Assembly (NCBI GenBank): GCA_964572255.1 | Contig: CAZNEE010000001.1 | Span: 139,520-203,519 of the forward strand | DNA length: 64,000 nucleotides | Origin: an uncultured Planctomycetia bacterium | GTDB lineage: Bacteria > Omnitrophota > Gorgyraeia > Tantalellales > Tantalellaceae | Reading direction: 5' to 3' | In this document: piece by piece, positions 38,010-48,249 of the stretch | Layout: every line of letters starts with the position of its first letter | Numbering within the stretch: the stretch's first letter is position 1 | The notes under the pieces: generated by a model | Told to the model about the DNA's origin: nothing | Seen by the model: only the letters and a program-made list of their open reading frames with translations | Database searches by the model: none | Program-made: the position numbers and the translations under genes

Positions 38010-39338
38010 TTGGAGAATAGAAAGAACAGAATGGCTAAAGATATACCGGCGCTCATTATTGCCGATAAAAATAAAAAGATCTACGAGGTTCCTTTTTTAG
38101 AAGCAACAGGGATGAAAGGCGGAAGATTTTTCCGTCTTGATCCGGGGAAGCTCATCAAACTTCACCCGGACAGCGAACTTTTCTTTTTACCTTCAAGGAT
38201 CCCCGTGGGGTTTGATCCCGAAACGGGAGAATATATAAAAGTTGAAAAAAGTCCGTTCAAAAAATCCACTCAGCCCTGTTATGCCGTAGCGGCTTTTCTG
38301 TCTCCGGGTTATACGGCAACATACAGCGCTTCGTATAGAGAGAAGGGAGAACCTTCCATTCTTCCGCTTTTTAGTTATGCCGCGGTAACATTCTATAAGG
38401 GCGAATTTTACGCGACAGGCATACGTGTGGATAGAGAAAAGCGCCAGGAACTTGCCGGCATGGACCAAAGGCTGATCAATGAAAATATCGGTAAATTCCG
38501 CAGGAGTTTCCCGAAAAACAGGCTTATAAGACATCTCGAAAGATGCGCGCTCACCTATTGTTGTCCCGCGGCGAAAAATTTCTTCCTGCAAAGATATGAA
38601 GGGCCGCTTCCGACATCGCCAAAATGTAACGCACGCTGTATAGGATGCATATCACATCAGCCGGGCGGCAGATGCCCCGTAACACAGCCAAGGATAAGAT
38701 TCATCCCTACACCCGAAGAAATATCCCAGACGGCCCTTGTCCATTTAAATGCGGTTAGGGATCCGGTCGTGAGTTTCGGGCAAGGATGTGAAGGAGAACC
38801 GTTGATGGCGGGGGAGACCCTGGTAAAAGCGGTAGATCTTATAAGGCGCAAAACGAAAAAAGGCATTATCAATCTGAATACCAACGCAAGCAGGCCTGAT
38901 ATCATAAAGAAACTTTTTGATGCCGGGCTTGATTCGATAAGGGTCAGCTTGAACAGCGTACAGGAAGATCATTATAACGCCTATTACAAACCTTGCGGGT
39001 ATTCTTTCCGCGACGTCATGCGGTCGATAAAAGAAGCAAAAAAAGCAGGCGGATTTGTATCGATAAATTATCTTATCATGCCGGGATTTACTGATTCAAA
39101 GGGCGAGTTCAATGCCCTTAAAAGATTTCTGTCGAGAACAAATGTTGATATGATCCAGTGGCGCAATCTAAATTACGATCCGATCGCCTATTTTAAAGAT
39201 CTTAAGATCGATATAAAACCGGAGGGGGTGATCGGCGTTGAAAATGTAATTAAAGGGGTGCACGAGGGGTTTCCGCGTCTGATGAAGGGGTATTTCAACC
39301 CATCATTGGGGCGCATGAGAAGAAGAGAGAGATCATGA
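38010..39338 (+). CDS. Radical SAM protein with an uncharacterised ~200-aa N-terminal domain
   Basis: CNARCIGC (CxxxCxxC) at residues ~206-213 with a radical-SAM TIM-barrel pattern downstream. The N-terminal domain was not recognised. Confidence 0.65.
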   Translation: MENRKNRMAKDIPALIIADKNKKIYEVPFLEATGMKGGRFFRLDPGKLIKLHPDSELFFLPSRIPVGFDPETGEYIKVEKSPFKKSTQPCYAVAAFLSPGYTATYSASYREKGEPSILPLFSYAAVTFYKGEFYATGIRVDREKRQELAGMDQRLINENIGKFRRSFPKNRLIRHLERCALTYCCPAAKNFFLQRYEGPLPTSPKCNARCIGCISHQPGGRCPVTQPRIRFIPTPEEISQTALVHLNAVRDPVVSFGQGCEGEPLMAGETLVKAVDLIRRKTKKGIINLNTNASRPDIIKKLFDAGLDSIRVSLNSVQEDHYNAYYKPCGYSFRDVMRSIKEAKKAGGFVSINYLIMPGFTDSKGEFNALKRFLSRTNVDMIQWRNLNYDPIAYFKDLKIDIKPEGVIGVENVIKGVHEGFPRLMKGYFNPSLGRMRRRERS

Positions 39339-40309
39339 GACGAAAAAAACATTTAAAAAGAAAATTTATAACATTGTTTAAAAACCGCATTGTTTTTCTA
39401 TCTGTACTTTTCTTGGTTGGGATCGCGGCTTGGACGTTCCTTATCGGCGAGATCAGTGAAAAAAATGTTTTCCAGCCCATAACTCTCAATGCAAAAGCGG
39501 CAATAATTATTGAAGCCAAAGATGGCGAGGTGTTTTTTGATAAGGATCCCGATAAAAGATACCCTCCGGCCTCAACGGCTAAAGTAATGACGGCTATAGT
39601 GGCTATTGAGAACGCGCATCTGGATAAAAGGATCGTACCGTCCAAAGAAGCGTTAAGGGTTGAGCCTACGGTAGCAGGGCTAAAACCGGGGATAAGTTAC
39701 AAATTAAAAGACTTGCTCGCGGCCATACTTATAAAATCCGCTAATGACGCGGCGCAGGCGATAGCGGAGGGGGTGGCAGGCAGTCAGCAGGATTTTGTTG
39801 TTCTCATGAACGAAAAAGCCGGCCGGATCGGCATGGAAAATACTTATTTTGCCAATCCTTCAGGGCTTCCGACCGCGAGGAAGGATAGCCAGCATACAAC
39901 TGCCCGTGATCTCGCGAAAATGATGAAATATGCTTCCAGGTATAAGATAATCTTGGAATTAATGTCAAAAAGCGAAAAAAGCATATACGGAAGCGACAAA
40001 AAAGAGATTTATTTAAGAACACATAATAAGTCGCTTTTGAGGTACGATGACGCGCCGTGGGGAAAGACGGGTTACACCATTGAAGCCAGGAGAACTTTTG
40101 TCGGAACAGATCCTGCGCTTAGGCCAAGGATCGTTTTCGCGCTTCTTAAATCCGACGAGCTTTGGGCTGATATAATGATATTAAAAAGAGAAGGGCTCCA
40201 GCTTTACAAGGAGAACAATCGCACTTTTTTATCAGATCTTTTCCGATGGCTGGAAGAACAAAGATCGCAAGGCATCAGAGGAGTGCAAATAGCCGAAGCA
40301 AGGAAATAG
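39335..40309 (+). CDS. D-alanyl-D-alanine carboxypeptidase (class A low-molecular-weight PBP, DacA-like)
   Basis: SxxK (ASTAK), SxN (SANDA) and KTG (KTGYT) motifs, plus an N-terminal TM/signal. Confidence 0.8.
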   Translation: MRRKKHLKRKFITLFKNRIVFLSVLFLVGIAAWTFLIGEISEKNVFQPITLNAKAAIIIEAKDGEVFFDKDPDKRYPPASTAKVMTAIVAIENAHLDKRIVPSKEALRVEPTVAGLKPGISYKLKDLLAAILIKSANDAAQAIAEGVAGSQQDFVVLMNEKAGRIGMENTYFANPSGLPTARKDSQHTTARDLAKMMKYASRYKIILELMSKSEKSIYGSDKKEIYLRTHNKSLLRYDDAPWGKTGYTIEARRTFVGTDPALRPRIVFALLKSDELWADIMILKREGLQLYKENNRTFLSDLFRWLEEQRSQGIRGVQIAEARK

Positions 40310-40351
40310 GGTTAAGATATTTCTTGACGGCATATTATATATAAGTATGAT

Positions 40352-43300
40352 ATGGAAGCTATGAAGGATAAACTGCACGTAGCATTCTTATGGCACATGC
40401 ACCAACCCTTGTATAAGGATTATCTTACAGGGAAGTATCATCTCCCCTGGGTAAGACTCCATGCCACGTATTCATACCTGGATATGATCTCCATACTCGA
40501 CAGGTTCCCGGATATCAAAGCCACTTTCAACTTAACCCCATCCCTGATCTGGCAGTTATTGGATATCTCTGAAAATAAAGATGTTGATGATATTTTTCTT
40601 AAGCTTACGGAAAAAGACGCGGATGATCTGACCGTTGAAGACAAATGCTTTATTCTGAAAAACTTCTTCTCCTGCGATCTTAAGAAGGCGATATTCCCAA
40701 TTCCGAAATATAAAGAGCTTTTTCTTAAAAGAGGCGACGATCTTAGCGAAGCAGCCTTAAAAAGCAAGATAAGGGATTTTAAGACAGAAGATTTCAGGGA
40801 TTTGCAGGTTCTTTTTAATCTTGTTTGGTGCGGGTTCACTTTGAGGGAAAAGGATCATTTGGTTAAAGGATTGTTCCACAAGGGGAAAAATTTCACTGAA
40901 GATGAAAAACGCTCTCTCATCAAGAAACAGCAGGAAGCCGTAAGCTCGATCATTCCTTCTTACAAAAAACTCCAGGATAAGGGGCAAATAGAAATATCCA
41001 CTTCACCCTTTTACCATCCCATCCTTCCGCTTCTATGTAAAGACAAGTCAGGAAAAGGATATGATTTTCGCGAGGACGCCAAGATCCAGGTAACCAGAGC
41101 GATCGAACTTTATGAAAAGGTTTTCGGGAGGAAACCAAAAGGTTTCTGGCCCCCGGAAGGGAGCGTAAGCCAGAGAATAATACCCCTTCTGGCGGATGAA
41201 GGCATCGAGTGGATCGCTACTGACGAAGGGATCGTGCTTGAATCATTTAAAGGCGAAGATATTCTCAGAGAAGAGCTTATATATAAGGCTTTTACCGCTG
41301 AAGAAGACGGCAGAGAGATAAGCATGGTCTTCAGGGACATTAATATATCCAACGCGATAAGTTTTAGATATGCGAATATGCCGGCAAAAAAAGCCTGTGA
41401 GGACATCATCGAGGATATTAAAGCTATTAAAAGGGGAAGGGAGTTTCATGACGGGGATCATTTAGTCTCTATCATATTGGATGGCGAGAACCCTTGGCCG
41501 TATTTTGAAGACGGAGGAAAAACTTTCCTTTCGGAAACTTACAGGCATCTTTCTTCCATGAAAGATATTGAGACCGTGACCATCGGCGATTATTTAAGCT
41601 CTACCGGCGAGAGAAAAAAAATAAAAAAACTCCACAGCGGTTCCTGGATAGACAGGAATTTCAATAAATGGATCGGGTCCCCGCAGAAGAACAAGGCGTG
41701 GGAATATTTAGAGAGAGTAAGAGAAGATCTTTTTAATTTCGAACACCCGAGCGAAAAAGCTCTGGAGGAACTTTATATAGCGGAGGGAAGCGATTGGTTC
41801 TGGTGGTATGATGATTTTGGAAGCGAAATAAATTTTGTGTTCGAAGAATTGTACAGGTTACATCTGTCCAATATCTACAGGATCATGGGAAGAAAAGTTC
41901 CCTATTACCTGACCGAGCCCATACCGGCGGGTCCGTCCGCTCAGAAAGTCCCCGAGGTGATAACTCCCGGAGAAATGGCCAGTTATCCCAAAGTTTTGAT
42001 CGTTTCATCGGAAGCTATACCTTTTGCGAAAACAGGCGGCCTTGCTGATGTCGCCGGCAGTCTGCCCAAATCCCTGGTTTCGCTTGGCTGTGATGTAAGA
42101 GTGATCATGCCGCTTTATAGAAGTGTAACGAGCGGGAACTTTCCGTTAACCAGAGAAGCGCGCAATATTAGGCACCCTCTTTTGGGCGGAGTGAGAGCGT
42201 TCAGACTATATTCAAATCGCTCAGGAGGCGTCACTACTTATTTTGTAAGAAGAAGAAAATATTTTTCAAGAGAAGGATTATACGGCACCGAGAGAGGCGA
42301 TTATCCCGATAACGGCATAAGGTTCAGTTTTTTCTCAAAGGCTTCTCTTGCCGCGATCAAAGCTATAGACTTTAAACCGGATATCATACATTGCAACGAT
42401 TGGCAAAGCGCGCTTATTCCTTTCTATCTGAAGTTCAGGTTGGGTGAAGATGATTTTTACCGGGGGATAAAGACCCTGTTCACAATACACAATATAGCCT
42501 ATCAGGGCGTTTTTAATAAAAGGATCATGAAAAAAGCGGGCATCCCCGAGGCTTTTTTCAACATGAATGATCTTGAATTTTACGGCAAGATAAATTTCAT
42601 GAAATCGGGAGTATTATACTCGGATGCTATAAGCACCGTAAGTCACCGTTATGCCGAAGAGATAATGACGGAAGAATATGGCTATAATCTTGACGGGCTT
42701 TTACGGTCAAAAAAGGACAGCCTTTACGGCATACCAAACGGCGTGGATTATTCGATATGGAGCCCGAAGAATGATAAATACATAAAAGCGAATTATGACC
42801 GGGCGACGATCGACAAGAAGAAGGAATGCAAGAAAGATCTTCTGGAATATACAAAACTTCCGCTTTCCGAGGATACGCCGTTACTTGGATGTGTTACGAG
42901 ACTGGCGGAACAAAAAGGCATGGACCTGTTCGCGAACATTATGAATAAAGTCATAAAACTGGGAGCGGGTGTTATAATACTCGGGAAGGGCAGTAATTAT
43001 TATAACAATCTCTTCAAAGACCTGGTCAGGCAGTATCCAAGGAACATTTACGTTTGCAATGATTTTAACGATCCCTTGGCGCATAAGATCGAAGCTGGGT
43101 GTGACATGTTCATCATGCCTTCAAGATATGAACCTTGCGGTTTGAACCAGATGTACAGCATAAAATACGGTACACCTCCGGTTGTAAGGGCAACAGGGGG
43201 TTTGGATGATGTGATAATAGATTTTGATGAAAACGGGGAAAAGGGCAACGGGTTTAAGTTCGGTCCCGCTAAGGGGGATGCTCTTTTCTCGGCGATAAAA

Positions 43301-43444
43301 AGAGCGGTTGATCTGTATAATAATGATAAAGATTCCTGGAGAAAACTCATGCTTCAGGCTATGAGTTATGATCTTTCCTGGGAACATTCGGCAAAAGAAT
43401 ATCTTAAACTGTACAGGCATATCTTGAGCCTAAAGGGAGAATAA
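40352..43444 (+). CDS. glgA: Fusion protein: N-terminal GH57 glycoside hydrolase domain + C-terminal glycogen/starch synthase (GT5, GlgA)
   Basis: The N-terminus begins LHVAFLWHMHQPLYKD (GH57-type). From about residue 540 the sequence reads KVLIVSSEAIPFAKTGGLADVAGSLPKSL, the canonical GlgA N-terminus, and continues with GlgA motifs to the C-terminus. There is no internal stop. Confidence 0.8.
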   Translation: MEAMKDKLHVAFLWHMHQPLYKDYLTGKYHLPWVRLHATYSYLDMISILDRFPDIKATFNLTPSLIWQLLDISENKDVDDIFLKLTEKDADDLTVEDKCFILKNFFSCDLKKAIFPIPKYKELFLKRGDDLSEAALKSKIRDFKTEDFRDLQVLFNLVWCGFTLREKDHLVKGLFHKGKNFTEDEKRSLIKKQQEAVSSIIPSYKKLQDKGQIEISTSPFYHPILPLLCKDKSGKGYDFREDAKIQVTRAIELYEKVFGRKPKGFWPPEGSVSQRIIPLLADEGIEWIATDEGIVLESFKGEDILREELIYKAFTAEEDGREISMVFRDINISNAISFRYANMPAKKACEDIIEDIKAIKRGREFHDGDHLVSIILDGENPWPYFEDGGKTFLSETYRHLSSMKDIETVTIGDYLSSTGERKKIKKLHSGSWIDRNFNKWIGSPQKNKAWEYLERVREDLFNFEHPSEKALEELYIAEGSDWFWWYDDFGSEINFVFEELYRLHLSNIYRIMGRKVPYYLTEPIPAGPSAQKVPEVITPGEMASYPKVLIVSSEAIPFAKTGGLADVAGSLPKSLVSLGCDVRVIMPLYRSVTSGNFPLTREARNIRHPLLGGVRAFRLYSNRSGGVTTYFVRRRKYFSREGLYGTERGDYPDNGIRFSFFSKASLAAIKAIDFKPDIIHCNDWQSALIPFYLKFRLGEDDFYRGIKTLFTIHNIAYQGVFNKRIMKKAGIPEAFFNMNDLEFYGKINFMKSGVLYSDAISTVSHRYAEEIMTEEYGYNLDGLLRSKKDSLYGIPNGVDYSIWSPKNDKYIKANYDRATIDKKKECKKDLLEYTKLPLSEDTPLLGCVTRLAEQKGMDLFANIMNKVIKLGAGVIILGKGSNYYNNLFKDLVRQYPRNIYVCNDFNDPLAHKIEAGCDMFIMPSRYEPCGLNQMYSIKYGTPPVVRATGGLDDVIIDFDENGEKGNGFKFGPAKGDALFSAIKRAVDLYNNDKDSWRKLMLQAMSYDLSWEHSAKEYLKLYRHILSLKGE

Positions 43445-43445
43445 T

Positions 43446-45569
43446 ATGAAAGCTGATTTTGTAATGGGCATACATTTTCATCAGCCTGTAGGCAATTTCG
43501 ATTATGTCATAGAACACGCGTGCGATAAGTGTTATATGCCTTTTTTGGAGACTCTTAAAAAATATCCCGATATAAAGATGAGCTTTCATTTTACCGGGTG
43601 CCTATTGGAATGGATCGAGGCGAACAGGCCCGAGATCATAGACATTGTCCGCGATATGACCCGAAAGGGCCAGATCGAAATGTTAAGCGGAGGTTTTTAC
43701 GAACCGATACTTACTTCCATTCCCGAGAGAGACAGGTTATCACAGATCGCCATGCTCAATGACTATGTAAGATCAAAGTTTAAATATGAGCCTAAGGGCG
43801 CATGGGTCGCTGAGAGAGTGTGGGAACCTACTTTACCGGCGGTTTTTCATGATTCGGGCATAAAATATGTAATACTGGATGACACGCATTTTCTTTATTC
43901 CGGGATAACAAAAGACAGGACTTACGGATATTACATTACTGAAGATAACGGAAAGACCGTTGCAGCTTTTCCTTCCGATAAAGTTCTCAGGTATCATATT
44001 CCTTTTAAGATGCCCGAGGAAAGTATTAATTACATGAAGGAGGTCGCTTCAAAGCATGAAAACCCCACTTTCATTTATGGCGATGACGGTGAAAAATTCG
44101 GAGAATGGCCCGGAACGCACAAATGGGTATATGAGGAAAAATGGCTTAAAAATTTCTTCGATGAGATCATTAAGAACAAAGATTGGCTGAATACCATTAC
44201 ATTTTCTGAGTGTCTTGACAAAAAAAGTTCGCTCGGAAGAGTGTACTTTCCGACCACGTCGTATGAAGAGATGCTCGAATGGTCTCTTCCTCCGGGAAGT
44301 CAGGAATGGTTTGAGGACGTTCTTGAAGACATCAAGAATTCAGGCAAGGAAGATTATTATAAGCCCTTTATTCGCGGTGGTTTCTGGAGAAATTTTTTCG
44401 CGAAGTATCCAGAATCCAACCACATGAACAAGAAAATGCTGTATGTAAGCAATAAACTTAACGAGTTAAAAGATAAGAGGGGCGTTAACCAGGATCTCCT
44501 TAAAGAAGCAGAGAGGGAACTGTTCCGGGGACAGTGTAACTGTGCCTATTGGCACGGAGTCTTCGGCGGGCTTTATTTATTCCATCTCAGGAGGGCCATT
44601 TTCAACCACTTGATCAAAAGCGAGACGCTGATGGATAAAGCGGCTTATGGCGTGAAGCCTTACTTTAAGTCCAGAGAATTGGATATTGATGCTGACGGGC
44701 AGGATGAGGTTCTCTTGGAGAACAGGGATATCTCCCTGTATTTTGATCCCGCTGAAGGCGGTGTTTTAAAAGAGTTTGATTCTAAGGGTATGTGTCAGAA
44801 TTTTCTTAATACATTGAGCCGCAGGAAAGAGGCTTATCACAGAAAGATCATTGAAAAACTCGAGAACGCGCAGAATGAGCAGGAAAGCGACTGTCAGACC
44901 ATACACGACGGCATACAGAAGGTCGATCCCGGTATAGGAGAAAATCTCATCTATGACCGGTATAATAGATACGGCCTTATCGATCACTTTATCGGTAAAG
45001 ATGTGAATATCGAAAGTTTTTTCTCATGTAAATATAACGAATTAGGAGATTTTGTCAGTGGTCATTACAAGATGGATGTTAAAAAGGGAAGAGACGATAT
45101 CGTGCTTTCTATGGGGAGAAAAGGCAATGTCGAAGGCTTGCCGGTAAGTGTCGTGAAAAGGATAGGTTTTCCTTTAGAGGGCTCACATTTCAGCGTAAAT
45201 TATACTATCAAAAACATGGGTGACAGATTTCTTGATTGCGTGTTCGCTCCTGAATTCAATTTTACGATGCCGGATGCAGACGCGGAGAAGTATTCACTCC
45301 GCACTTCTGACAATAACAGAAGTCCGCTTTCAGCGGCCGCAGAGGATGAGGAAACACAAGAAGTATCCATATCCGACAATGAGGAGGAGACACTTACTAT
45401 AACTTTTTCCGAAGGGTGCAGACTTTGGTACTTTCCGGTCAGGACAGTTTCACAATCGGAGAAGGCATATGAGCTCAATTATCAGGGTTCTTCATTACTC
45501 CCAAGTTTCGAGTTACACCTGCAGCCGAACGAGAAGAAAGATATAAATATAAATGTTAGACTGGGGTAA
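43446..45569 (+). CDS. GH57 family alpha-glucan-active enzyme (4-alpha-glucanotransferase/amylopullulanase-like)
   Basis: MGIHFHQPVGNFD N-terminus typical of GH57; 707 aa. Confidence 0.75.
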   Translation: MKADFVMGIHFHQPVGNFDYVIEHACDKCYMPFLETLKKYPDIKMSFHFTGCLLEWIEANRPEIIDIVRDMTRKGQIEMLSGGFYEPILTSIPERDRLSQIAMLNDYVRSKFKYEPKGAWVAERVWEPTLPAVFHDSGIKYVILDDTHFLYSGITKDRTYGYYITEDNGKTVAAFPSDKVLRYHIPFKMPEESINYMKEVASKHENPTFIYGDDGEKFGEWPGTHKWVYEEKWLKNFFDEIIKNKDWLNTITFSECLDKKSSLGRVYFPTTSYEEMLEWSLPPGSQEWFEDVLEDIKNSGKEDYYKPFIRGGFWRNFFAKYPESNHMNKKMLYVSNKLNELKDKRGVNQDLLKEAERELFRGQCNCAYWHGVFGGLYLFHLRRAIFNHLIKSETLMDKAAYGVKPYFKSRELDIDADGQDEVLLENRDISLYFDPAEGGVLKEFDSKGMCQNFLNTLSRRKEAYHRKIIEKLENAQNEQESDCQTIHDGIQKVDPGIGENLIYDRYNRYGLIDHFIGKDVNIESFFSCKYNELGDFVSGHYKMDVKKGRDDIVLSMGRKGNVEGLPVSVVKRIGFPLEGSHFSVNYTIKNMGDRFLDCVFAPEFNFTMPDADAEKYSLRTSDNNRSPLSAAAEDEETQEVSISDNEEETLTITFSEGCRLWYFPVRTVSQSEKAYELNYQGSSLLPSFELHLQPNEKKDININVRLG

Positions 45570-45585
45570 AACTATACTATTTTTA

Positions 45586-45615
45586 TTGACATGTATTATA
45601 TCGTAGAGGTATAAT
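45586..45615 (+). promoter_or_regulatory. Putative sigma70 promoter (TTGACA-18-TATAAT) upstream of the DUF4912-glgB genes
   Basis: -35 at 45586-45591 and -10 at 45610-45615. Confidence 0.4.
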
Positions 45616-45668
45616 TTCACCGGGTAGTATACTTTACTTAAACCTTAACTGATAATATAAGAGGCTAA

Positions 45669-46271
45669 ATGGGGAATCCCGATTCCTGCACAAGTTTTTG
45701 TGTTCCTTTAGGTTATGATGATAATAAGATCGTCCTTATGGTCAGAGATCCTTGGACGCTTTTTTCATACTGGGAAATAAGAAAAGATGTCGAAGATAAT
45801 GCAAGAGAAAAGATCTATCAGCAAAACCTCACTCCATCCAAAAGTATTCTCAGAGTATACGATGTTTCACAAGGCGAAGATAATTTATCCGAAAAAATAG
45901 TGTTTGATTTCGAATTAAAAAACTGGGCCGCGAATTGGTATGTACATACAGGCGATCCCGGACGGAAATGGATGGTTGAAATAGGTATAGTATGTACAAC
46001 GGGGGAGTTTTTCTGTCTTGCAAGATCAAATGTGGTTGAGGCGCCGAATTACGGTATGAGCGATATATATGATGAAGAATGGATGTGTCCGGAAGATATT
46101 TATTATAAGATGTTCGCTGCCTGCAGCGGCTTGGGCACCAGTTCCATGGAGATGAAAGAGATGATAGAACGGCATCTCAAAGAGTGGATCTCCTCCGGAG
46201 GCATTTCGTCGGGCGCTTTCGGAAGTGCAAGCTTCCATTTACTTGAAGGAAAAAAGAGGAATAATGGCTAA
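45669..46271 (+). CDS. DUF4912-domain protein (commonly adjacent to GH57 branching enzymes)
   Basis: MVRDPWTLFSYWEI motif; 200 aa. Confidence 0.6.
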   Translation: MGNPDSCTSFCVPLGYDDNKIVLMVRDPWTLFSYWEIRKDVEDNAREKIYQQNLTPSKSILRVYDVSQGEDNLSEKIVFDFELKNWAANWYVHTGDPGRKWMVEIGIVCTTGEFFCLARSNVVEAPNYGMSDIYDEEWMCPEDIYYKMFAACSGLGTSSMEMKEMIERHLKEWISSGGISSGAFGSASFHLLEGKKRNNG

Positions 46272-47847
46272 AGGATATTTATCTTTAGTATTACATGCGC
46301 ACCTGCCTTTTATAAGGCATCCCGAACATGATAGTTTTCTTGAAGAGAACTGGTTGTTCGAAGCCATAACAGATACCTACATTCCGCTGATAAACGTTTT
46401 CGACAATCTTGTTAATGATAATGTTGATTTTCATATTACCATTTCGTTAAGCCCTACGCTTATCAGTATGCTTAGGGACGATCTTTTGACCTCAAGGTAC
46501 ATACGTCATATTGATAAGCTGATAACCCTTTCGGAACAGGAGATCGAAAGAACAAAAGGCGATGAAAGGACCCATCGCCTGGCCCGGATGTATAACGAAA
46601 GGTTCAATAACGCAAAAGGTATATTTTGCGATAAATATAATAAAGATATCGTCGGGGCGTTCAGGAAATTCCAGGATCTCGGGAAAGTGGAAGTTATTAC
46701 ATGCTGCGCAACTCACGGTTACCTGCCTTTAATGGACCTGTACAAAGGGGCGATAAAGGCGCAAGTTAAGGTAGCTGTTGACACTTACAAGGAGGCTTTC
46801 GGCACTATTCCAAAAGGTATATGGCTTCCTGAATGCGGTTATCATCCCGGACATGACGAGATCCTTAAAGAGTTCGGCATAAGATATTTCTTCGTTGAGA
46901 CACATGGCGTTATGTTCGGTTCTCCACGTCCGAAGTACGGCGTTTACAGCCCGTATCTTTGCCCTTCAGGAACCGCTGTTTACGGAAGAGATATGGAAAG
47001 TTCCAAGGCTGTATGGAGCGCAAAAGAAGGATATCCCGGCGATTATAATTACCGGGAATATTTCAGGGACATAGGTTTTGATCTTGATTTTGATTATGTA
47101 AAGCCGTATATAAACGGCTGTGGTACGCGCATCAATACCGGCATCAAATACCATAAGATAACGGGAAACTCGAATTATAAAGACATATACAACAGGCAGG
47201 CCGCGCTTGATACTGCGGCATCCCATGCCGGCAACTTTATGTTCAACAGGGAAAAACAGGTCGAGCATTTAGCGGGCATGATGGACCGCGCGCCCATCAT
47301 TGTTTCACCATACGATGCGGAGCTGTTCGGTCATTGGTGGTTTGAAGGCCCGGAATGGCTGGAATTTTTATTGAGAAAAATGCATTATGATCAAAATACC
47401 GTGAAGACCATAACACCGGGTGAATATCTTGACCTGTATGAGAAATATCCTGTTCTTAATCCTTCGATGTCCAGCTGGGGATGGAAAGGCTACAGCGAGG
47501 TATGGCTCGATGGTTCGAATGACTGGATATACAAACATCTTCACAAGTTATCGGAACTGATGATCAATGCTGTCCGCGATTACAGGAACGCGGAAGGTCT
47601 GCAAAAAAGGATACTCGATCAAATGGCAAGAGAACTTTTGCTTGCGCAGTCAAGCGATTGGGCCTTTATCATGAAGACGGATACATTTGTCAGTTATGCG
47701 ATCAACAGGACGAAAGAGCACGTCGGCAGATTTCTCGCTCTCCATGACCAGCTGAGAAACGGCAGCGTGGATATGGAAATGCTGGAGGAAGCAGAGAGGA
47801 AGAATAACGTATTCAGCAATGTTGATCACAGCGTATATGCTGTGTAG
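46264..47847 (+). CDS. GH57-type 1,4-alpha-glucan branching enzyme
   Basis: MAKGYLSLVLHAHLPFIRHPEHDSFLEENWLFEAI..., the canonical GH57 GlgB N-terminus, with RBS GAGGAATAATG. It overlaps the DUF4912 stop. The track's 46225 start is probably too long. Confidence 0.8.
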   Translation: MAKGYLSLVLHAHLPFIRHPEHDSFLEENWLFEAITDTYIPLINVFDNLVNDNVDFHITISLSPTLISMLRDDLLTSRYIRHIDKLITLSEQEIERTKGDERTHRLARMYNERFNNAKGIFCDKYNKDIVGAFRKFQDLGKVEVITCCATHGYLPLMDLYKGAIKAQVKVAVDTYKEAFGTIPKGIWLPECGYHPGHDEILKEFGIRYFFVETHGVMFGSPRPKYGVYSPYLCPSGTAVYGRDMESSKAVWSAKEGYPGDYNYREYFRDIGFDLDFDYVKPYINGCGTRINTGIKYHKITGNSNYKDIYNRQAALDTAASHAGNFMFNREKQVEHLAGMMDRAPIIVSPYDAELFGHWWFEGPEWLEFLLRKMHYDQNTVKTITPGEYLDLYEKYPVLNPSMSSWGWKGYSEVWLDGSNDWIYKHLHKLSELMINAVRDYRNAEGLQKRILDQMARELLLAQSSDWAFIMKTDTFVSYAINRTKEHVGRFLALHDQLRNGSVDMEMLEEAERKNNVFSNVDHSVYAV

Positions 47848-47906
47848 GAAATTAACAGGTTGAATGTTGCGGGAAAACAGATAAATAAAGAAGGGGGGGA
47901 AAAGGA

Positions 47907-48137
47907 ATGATCAAGAAGATGATGAAGAGGGCTTCAGCTAAAGCTTCTCAAACAACAAAGAAAACTACTCAGACAAAGTCAAAGAAAGCGTCTTGGAAAG
48001 ATCTATCTCAGGAAGAATTACATTCTTTAATAGAAAAAAAAGCTTACGAGCTTTTCGAGAAACGCGGATATTCGCATGGTGATGATTTTTCAGACTGGTT
48101 TGAAGCAGAAAAACTTGTCAAAAAAAGCCTTCGTTAG
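47907..48137 (+). CDS. DUF2934-like small basic protein
   Basis: Lys/Thr-rich N-terminus and a C-terminal ...EKRGYSHGDDFSDWFEAEK motif. Confidence 0.5.
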   Translation: MIKKMMKRASAKASQTTKKTTQTKSKKASWKDLSQEELHSLIEKKAYELFEKRGYSHGDDFSDWFEAEKLVKKSLR

Positions 48138-48179
48138 AGGGTTTTATTGCAGACTGTATGTTACAGTTGCAGCTTGTAA

Positions 48180-48218
48180 AGAGCTCGGATTGTTTTAAGG
48201 CCGGGCTCTTTTCTTTTT
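48180..48218 (+). terminator. Putative intrinsic terminator (AGAGCTCGG...CCGGGCTCT stem followed by TTTCTTTTT)
   Basis: Seen in the sequence after the 47907 gene. Confidence 0.4.
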
Positions 48219-48249
48219 GGATAGATAAAAAAAGAACGGTAAAGAAGAA

